A stretch of 64,000 nt of DNA from Octopus sinensis (taxonomy: Eukaryota). The DNA is taken from positions 13,764,001 through 13,828,000 of the forward strand of contig NC_043024.1 of NCBI RefSeq assembly GCF_006345805.1, read 5' to 3'. The position numbers and the translations under genes were made by a program. Within the stretch, counting starts at the first letter, position 1, and every line of letters starts with the position of its first letter. The notes below the pieces were generated by a model. The model did no database searches and had not been told where the DNA came from. It was given only the letters and a program-made list of their open reading frames with translations. Below, piece by piece: positions 55,136 through 64,000 of the stretch.

Positions 55136-56438
55136 AATCACTACTACCTATTTCTTTACTAGCCACGTGTGTGTGCGGGCGCACATGTGTAGGTTTGAAC
55201 AGGCGCGCTTACGCGAATACTATGAGCTTTTAACCCCCCCAGCACTTTTGTCGTAATAACGGTCAATCACACAGTAATTTCACTTTGTAAAACGGTCATT
55301 TTTCATAGCATTTTACCGATGGTCGGATAACTGAAAAGATAGCGACGTGGATTTCCACCTCGGCATCTGGAACTCGGAGTTTTATCATGGGTACCGAATA
55401 ATCGTCACATATTACATTTACAGATATATGTATATATATATATATATATTATATATATATATATACACAATGGAATTCTTTCAGATTCCATCTACTAAAT
55501 CTTCTCATAAATCTTTGGTTGATCTGAGTCTAAAATAGAAGACACTCGCCCAAAATACAATGCAGTGGGACTTGAAAGAAAATCATGTGTTTGGGTGGCT
55601 AAATTCATACCAATATTAAAATTAGAGGACATAACTCATTGATCTCATAGGACAAATAATAGATGAAGGCCAGTGGAAGAGAACAATTATAAGTGAATGT
55701 GTGTGAGTGTGTGCGAGCGTTTTCTAGCGTACATGAATTGGTTTAAGACGTTCTATTTTCGGGAATAAATTAACGGAATAATTATAACCAAAAATAAAGG
55801 AAAAGCGATCCTCAATCAGGAGAAAAGCACAATTCGTTTCGAAGGTCTGAATTTTAAGATTCTTCAAGTAACTTATTCTATAATTTATCGCAAATAAAAA
55901 TTGCAGTATTGAAGTTATAATCGATATGCTAAGAAGGGTGGGCGAAGAATGTAAATAAAACACAGGATATGGGCCATGGTTATTTTAAAAGCATTAGGCT
56001 ATACAGTAATACGAGATCTGTTACACGACACAAGTATATTAACCATTTCGCAGTGGAGAAAAAAGCAGGAATCAGCTTAATGAAATTCCTTTATAATTGC
56101 GATATTTAACCTGAGAGTGCCTAGCGGCCTTCGCATCCCCGTTTCCAAATAAATCTATTGTAGTTACAACTACAAATAACAAATTCCTCTTCTCTATACC
56201 GGAAATGTGTAGAGAGATACGGGTGATTCGATTATTTTCAGCATGGAAATTAGCGATGGACTAGAAAGGAAAATTGCGGGTGGGCCAAGCGTCTTGTATT
56301 TGAGAGCAGTACATGAGCACACAGAGCAATTGTCAATAAACATACATGCACACACACACACATATACACATACACACACGCATACATACATACATATATG
56401 TGTTCGTTTGTATAAGCATGTATGTATTTATATCTTTG

Positions 56439-56469
<31 letters not shown>

Positions 56470-56550
56470 GTATATGTGTATTTATACACACACATAGATA
56501 CACACCCACCGCAGTTTATATATATATATATACATAATATAACATGCAAA

Positions 56551-56595
<45 letters not shown>

Positions 56596-57066
56596 ACATA
56601 AATAATACATATCTTATCTATATATGTATATAACGTATACACACACACACACACACACACTATATATATAATATATATATAGTATATATATATATATATA
56701 TATGTATATGTATGTATATCAGTTATATCGATTATCCGTGGTTTAATTGCTGTAGTCGTGTATCTTCCTGTGTAGATATATGTAATTGTGTCCATTCTTC
56801 TGCTGGTGTTGTTTTTGATCTTTATTCTGGAAGTAATATATATTATTTTTCAAGAGTGCAATGCGATAGATAACGGCTAACAATTACTGCGTCGTCCATA
56901 CTGAGCCAGATACGACGATGTGTTTAAACTTTATCACAGATTGCTCTTTGCCAATGATTGCAACACACAGCCACAAGTATTTATTTTCTTTTTAATATAA
57001 GGTCTATCCTACTGCCCTCGCTCTCACTCACTCACTCGCTCTCTCTCACGCTCTCTTTGTTTTTGC

Positions 57067-57127
<61 letters not shown>

Positions 57128-57137
57128 TATAAATATA

Positions 57138-57217
<80 letters not shown>

Positions 57218-58559
57218 GTACATATAATATATATATATGTATACATATTATATATATAAAAACATGCACATATATGTAATATATATATTATATTTATATG
57301 TATATGTGTATTGACATATCAATTTTTGTGTAAGGGTATATATGTTTATACATACGCACATAAATATATATTTATAAATACATATATATTTCGATGCATA
57401 CTCACACATATAACTCCATATGTACATGTTCACATACATACGCACATAACACTTAAATAAATGTGTATATATTTGTATATGTATAAATATATACATATAT
57501 ACAATATATATATATATTTATATACACATCATTTATATAAATATATATATTTGTGTATGTGAATGTGTGTTTGTGTGTGTGTATGTATAAAGTTATATAC
57601 AACTCAACATATACTCTCGCGCAGGCATATTCATTCATGCATGGGCAATCACATACTTGTGTGTGTACTTGTGATAGTACATATACATGCTTTGAACGCG
57701 TATGTTTTCTTATGTTTCCTCTGTATGTGTGTATATATGTGAGCATGTATTATGTATTTGTGTGTGCCTGTGTCTATGTGTATGCGTATATGTTCGAATG
57801 TTATGCAATATGCATGATGTTTCATGTAAGTTTCATTGAAATATCGATCCTTTTTCAGATTAATTTGTGCTTCTGACAGACATGAGATATAACTCGCCTC
57901 TGCTGTAGTTTGATCTCAAAAACCTCCAGTCCCCACTCTCTCCCTTTTACACAGCATCACCAGTAACTGCATTGTCGTACATCGACGCCAACGGCATGAA
58001 GTTGCCGGAGAAAAAAAAGCAAAGTCGAAAATAAAAAAGAAATACAGAAATCTGACATTTTAGTAACCTCCAGACATTTGCCGGACGGAAAGACTATTCC
58101 GCTTCGAAATGAACAAAACTTGATCAGTTATTAGTGAAATAATGAGATTATAGTATTGGAGGACATTAAACGTGGTCTGTTGGAAACATGAAAATATTGG
58201 CCTTTTACTATATTTCATTTGGTGTAGTTTACACTATAAGAAAATATATACTATACACTGTTGTACTAATATGCATTTTGTACTGTTTATAGTTGTGCAG
58301 TGGAGTCTTTGCGCAGAAATGTTTGCCAAATTACACCCTGTTGTCTAAAGGAAAACAAACTGTAAACATAACATTGGGCAATGAAGCTCATTGGTATATA
58401 AACACAGATAGGGCTTGGGAGATGTGATTACCGCTGAAGTGGTTTTGATGATAGTTTTATATGAAAGGGTTTGTTTGGAAACAGCGAGGAGAGAAAATGA
58501 AAATTGGTATCAGAAGGAGGAACAGGAATAAGATGAACAATAATAACGTAGCTGCAACA

Positions 58560-58682
58560 CTTTAAAAAACAACAACAAGAACAACAGCAACAGCAACAAC
58601 AACCAGAGTAGCATCAACATTATTATTATTATTAATATTATTATTATTATTATTATTATTAGTAGTAGTAGTAGTAGTAGTG

Positions 58683-58735
<53 letters not shown>

Positions 58736-58742
58736 GGTGGTG

Positions 58743-58778
<36 letters not shown>

Positions 58779-58797
58779 GCGGTGGTGGTGGTGGTGG

Positions 58798-58837
<40 letters not shown>

Positions 58838-59986
58838 AGTAGTAGTAGTAGCAGCAGCAGCAGCAACAACAGCTGAAGTCATAGTGGTAGAATTAGTTGT
58901 AAGAAATTAAGAAACGTAAGTACAAAAATGGTCAGAATAGTAAAAGTAACAGGATCTTTATAAAAATGAATATTTTCGAAGATAAAAACACTGTCAATGC
59001 TAATGATGATGCTAATGATGATGATGATGATGCAAAATGATAATAGCAACAAATACACAAGCAGTAGCGATTTTAGTAACATGACCATCACCACTTTCAA
59101 CAACGATATCAATCCAAGAGACGCTCCATATGCAAGTACCAGCACCACAACCGAGAACAACGGTGGACTTATTCCTAACGCCATAGCCATCGACAAGAAG
59201 GAAACCGATACCATAGCAACGAACAACAACAGCAACAACCCAAATGGACCCACCAAACAACAATACTGTCATCCTCCCTCGTACGAGTAGCTACCAACAA
59301 CAACATCACTATGACTACAAACGCTACCAGCTCCACCAGTGAAGAAAAAAACACTACTAGCACCACCATCGCCAGCCGTCCAAGAATTTGGACCTGGAGA
59401 TCTCCATTTCCAGCGACTTCGAGGGCCACCTCCCAGTGGTGTCGGGCGTCAACAAAGAGCCCTCGACTACAACAAGACGACAAAAGTTTCTTTTTTTTCT
59501 CGCATATGGTGCGTCTCCCGCCCCTAAGCCCTATATCAGTGCTTTTCAAACGTTTTACTGGAGCGGAACCCCAAGGAAACATTCCACTGGCTCGAGGAAC
59601 CCCTGTGCTATAATTTAATAGTCTTATGCACACATATCTGCACAGGAGAATTAAGAATTACTGCCGATTTTAGCAGTTTTGTAACTTCTTGCGGAACCCC
59701 TGGACTGTACTGGCGGAACCCAGGTTGAAAACCACTGCCCTAGACCATCACCTATTTCACCCTTACACGTCTTGTTGCTTAACAACAACAAGACCCACCA
59801 CCATCGACAACGACGATAGCAATTATGGTATCAATAGCAACGCCATACCATCAACACCACCATCACCATGACAACAAGCATATTGCAACGGCAACGATAA
59901 AAACGTCGCTGTTATGGTTACAAACGATTAACCGACAAGAAAACTGCCGCCGAAATAGCTACAAACAACATCCGCTGCAGCTGCTC

Positions 59987-60018
<32 letters not shown>

Positions 60019-60480
60019 GTTACTGCTGCTGCTACTACTACTACTACTGTTATTACTACTACAACTACTACTACTACTAATGTTACTCCTGCTACTACTA
60101 TTACTACTACTACTACTACTACTGTTACTGTTACTACTACTACTACTACTACTGTTACTACTACTACTACTACTACTACTACTACAACTACTACTACTGT
60201 TACTGTTACTACTACTACTACTGTTACTCCTGCTACTACTACTACTGTTACTGTTACTACTACTACTACTGTTACTGTTACTACTACTACTACTGCTGCT
60301 GCTGCTACTACTACTACTACTACTACTATACTAGTACTACTACTACTACTACTACTACTGCTGCTACTACTACTACTACTACTACTACTGTTACTGCTGC
60401 TACTACGTCTACTCCTGCTGCTGTTGCCGCTGCTGCTACTGCTGCCACTGTTGCTCCGCCACGATTACTACTGCTGTTGC
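58560..60480. repeat. Patchwork of trinucleotide microsatellites (AAC, TAT, TAG/TGG, ATG, TAC/TGC)
   Basis: Directly visible; source of the poly-L/T/V/P ORFs. Confidence 0.95.
59537..59737. mobile_element. hAT (Charlie-like) MITE, 201 bp
   Basis: TIRs CAGTGCTTTTCAA / TTGAAAACCACTG; 8-bp flanks ccctatat / ccctagac (6 of 8 identical). Confidence 0.85.
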
Positions 60481-61384
60481 TATACTAACATATATTTTGT
60501 AGAGAAGCATATTTCCTTTTTCAGCAAATTCAAGGAGGCCATAGGGTCACCAATAGTCATTCATATCGATATACGATCCTTATTTTGTGTTGGCTGATGA
60601 CTACGACGTTGCATTACGATTTCTAGGTGTCAGCCATGTCGGACTTAAGGAGTAAATATTTCGTTAGTTTTAAATATCTCTTACACAGATGAGAAGCGCA
60701 AAATCTAGAAATACAACGATATAAACCTTTGCGTATCTCATGACATGGCGTAAGAACTGAATGAATTTGTTGTGTTGAACAACGACGCTAGGTAGCGTTA
60801 CAGGGAAATATAATATCTTGGCTGTCAGGGGTTAGTTCACGCCCAGCTGCCTCCAAATTGTGATTCTTTGGAACAAATGTTCTGTAACAACAAATATAGT
60901 AAACAACAACAGCTTCAGAAGCAAAAGCAAAACCGATGATAAGAAAACATTTAAGCGTTCGCTCGTGTTGGTGCAGATAGCACCCAAATCGTTATCAAAT
61001 CATAACGTAGAGCCTTAAATGAAGAAAAATATTGGGTAAAAAATATGACAGAATGTTAAAGGATTGCAAAAATTCTTTTTTCTTCTTTATTTTAGATTCG
61101 TTTTTAGCTTGCATATGGATGAACTAAATCTATGCAAAAACAAGATCACATATTACGAGCCTTTATCATATATATTTATAGATATATGTTTTAAAATGGC
61201 GCACTAATCAGCGAAGCTTGAAATAAAGCTGTGCGCTTTTATATTTAGAACGTTCACGTACACGAGGTTGTTAAATATGAACGTACAAAGATGTTTTCCG
61301 ATCTTCGCTGCTTAGTGTTGTGTTATATAATTCTAGCTCGGCAAAGCTTAGCACACGCCAGCAAATATATTACTTTAATCTCTC

Positions 61385-61570
61385 TATCTATTATATAAAA
61401 TCCGTTCTATCTATCTGTGTGTGTGTGTCTTCTAGGAGCTCGGACATCCTCCGTCCGATTGCGCTCAAATTTCATTTGTAGATATCGACGGTATCAGGGC
61501 GTGTATACGTCTTGCAAAATTACAAAAATCGATTCCAGGAGAGAATGTGATCGATAAAACCGTTGGAAAG
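61385..61570 (+). mobile_element. Helitron-like 5' end (similar at ~18715-18850; possible 3' hairpin end at 13225-13253)
   Basis: tctattatataaaatcc...tctgtgtgtgtc...tccgattgcgctcaaattt pattern. Confidence 0.4.
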
Positions 61571-61907
61571 TGCATTTATACGCGCAAGTACATCAGTCGA
61601 AATCTGTCTTTTGCTGGTGTCTCAAATTTAGGTTAAATCAGTATTCCTCAATGGGACGGTCGGAAAAGTTTTGAAAAATTTGGTTTAAATGTTTGACAAC
61701 TCAGCACCGTCCATTGGACGGAGGGCGTTTTGCTCGTAAATATATATGAGTGGCACATTTTAATAGATTGGCAGTTACTAAATCGTTGCCTGTAACATGG
61801 AATATAAGTATGCAGAAAAAAAAACGTGACATACGGTTATGAGACATCTGAGTTCTTATGCATATCCATACACATACTTTATAAGGAGAATTCCTTTTCA
61901 GAGGAAA

Positions 61908-61944
<37 letters not shown>

Positions 61945-64000
61945 TTCAGCAAAATTTAGATTCAAATGAATATAGTACTTTTGCACCAGACTTTTGTATG
62001 GTGTTATCCATATAAATCCATGGGGTGATTATAATCAAAATAAGCAACAAGTATATCTTCGGTAATTTGGTACGATCGTTTCACGCTACATCATTTTATT
62101 AAGCATTGTAATATATATATGTGTGTGTGCGTGTGTCTGTGTGAATTCGATCTGACACTTTGGTTACCGTTGCAACAAATGCTACATGTGGCTACACCGA
62201 TTGAGAATTGCATTAGTTACGTGAGTAAGTGTACGGGTATCGGGTATCTAGAGTTGCGGGTGGAACCAGATGCAATGGTTTTATTCCTTAGTTCTTTTAC
62301 TACCGCATCATTTGTCTCAATTCTGTTTCTCATTTTTTAATATTTCGGGAATTGTTCATCTGTGATACAAAGAAATTTTGTTACGGTAGTATTTCTATGA
62401 TGACCTCATACCGCAAAACTTTCTGCCTATCATAAACTTCACAATCCCTTGATCTGTCTCTACCTTTGGACTATAGTTTTAACGCTTAGAAAGCGGGGTT
62501 TTTGTTCAGGGACCTAATAGCTTTGAATAGCAGAAAGTGAAATCCTCAACATGTCAAAACCGTGGAATTAAGGACGTGTCATCTTCATATCTAAGATCAA
62601 TGCAGAGAAAGTCACTGATTGGCATACTTAAATGCTTTCTAAGAAGCTGAGGTAAATGATGAAAGATGACAAGCCACTCATTAGGCTAAGGATCAAGAAA
62701 TCCTTGGTAAATTTGTATAATATCTTTCATCTTAATTTCAATATGTACAACCCTTGATAACTTCCATAGGGACGTCAGTACAACAGATCGTATCCTTAAA
62801 GATTTCAAGATTTGAACAGTAAACATATCTGATGTCCTTTTGCATTATCAGTTATGTCTTTAACTCTAAAACTAGCTCCAGTATTCTATTTCATAGACTT
62901 TCATAGGTCTAAAATCGAAGGAATACTTCGTTGTCGCTTCTTGAATTTTACCTGCCATTCTTCCGCTGAAGTTACTCTTTTACTCTTTTACTTGTTTTAG
63001 TCATTTGACTGCGGCCATGCTGGAGCACCGCCTTTAGTCGATCAAATCGACCCGGGACTTATTCTTTGTAAGCCCAGTACTTAATATATCGGTCTCTTTT
63101 GCCGAACCGCTAAGTGTCAGGGACGTAAACACACCAGCACCGGTTGTCAAGCAATGCTAGGGGGTCAAACACACACACACACACAAACACATATACACAC
63201 ATATATATATACATATATACGACAGGCTTCTTTCAGTTTCCGTCTACCAAATCCACTCACAAGACACTGGTCGGCCCGGGGCTATAGCAGAAGACACTTG
63301 CCCAAGATGCCACGCAGTGGAACTGAACCCGGAACCATGTGGTTGGTTAGCAAGCTACTTACCACACAGCCACTCCTGAGCCTATATATAAGTGTATAGG
63401 ATTGTAGAAAAGTCACCCTTGTTTCTTTGCCTATTCGTTTGTCACTCCTTTATAGTATTGAGCAAATCTTTTGACGATATTTTTCAAACAGCTTTCATAA
63501 TAAACCTAAGATGGAAATAGCCTATAAATCCATAACCCCAAGCACCATTTTCCGACCAAAGCCATGGCTGTAGCAATTAATACCCGAACAAAACGTTTAA
63601 GCATTAAAAAAAATGGAAGAGAACAAACATGATTATATTTAAATAGTAAAAATATTCGCGGAAGCAAAATCACCGATCGCGAATTATATACTTTTCTGAC
63701 GAATAGATTTCATTATAGACTGTGATAATTGAACTGTATCGAACTGCTTCGATTAACAAAGGTCTTTTTTATTGTAATGTTATATTATTGGAACAAATAA
63801 AGCGATACAACCTATTCTGTCATAACGGAAAAGAGGTGACCTGTTTAACTCTAAAGTTGACTCCGAAATAGTTTTACTGGTTAAATATTTCATTTCTGGC
63901 CTGATCAATTAATATAGAATTTGGATTGTCCAGAATATTAGCATTATGGCCATTAAATGTTATATTAATTGTAATCTTTATATTTCGCTTGTTTCAGTCA

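Noticed and set aside
58997-59290. Low-complexity ORF ending in PPSY (PPxY-like)
   Set aside because: Lies in decayed trinucleotide repeats next to a hAT MITE; no splice or homology support

Overview
AT-rich, microsatellite-saturated animal genomic DNA. The repeat landscape (tRNA-derived SINEs with internal (TA)/(CA) tracts) suggests an octopus or other coleoid cephalopod, which is an inference. The only convincing protein-coding sequences are two tandem, exactly collinear Fem-1-like ankyrin-repeat/VHL-box exons (21876-23722 and 36313-38159, + strand). Each begins at a phase-1 splice acceptor, and no matching first exon is evident. The rest is SINEs, decayed LINEs (CR1/L2-like, RTE, R4/Dong), mariner, hAT and Helitron remnants, plus a Penelope-type GIY-YIG fragment. 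The most notable signal is a set of at least six sequence-unrelated short non-coding elements sitting in (TA)n tracts. They carry minimal type I hammerhead ribozyme motifs (CUGANGA...GAAA...UH) with family-specific palindromic stem III sequences. Most are fold-backs with a long ribozyme-bearing arm, a 3' tail and a shorter inverted arm, and one also has a ~484-bp tandem unit. They look like Penelope pLTR-derived or retrozyme-like elements. All structures were read by eye; nothing was computed or searched.
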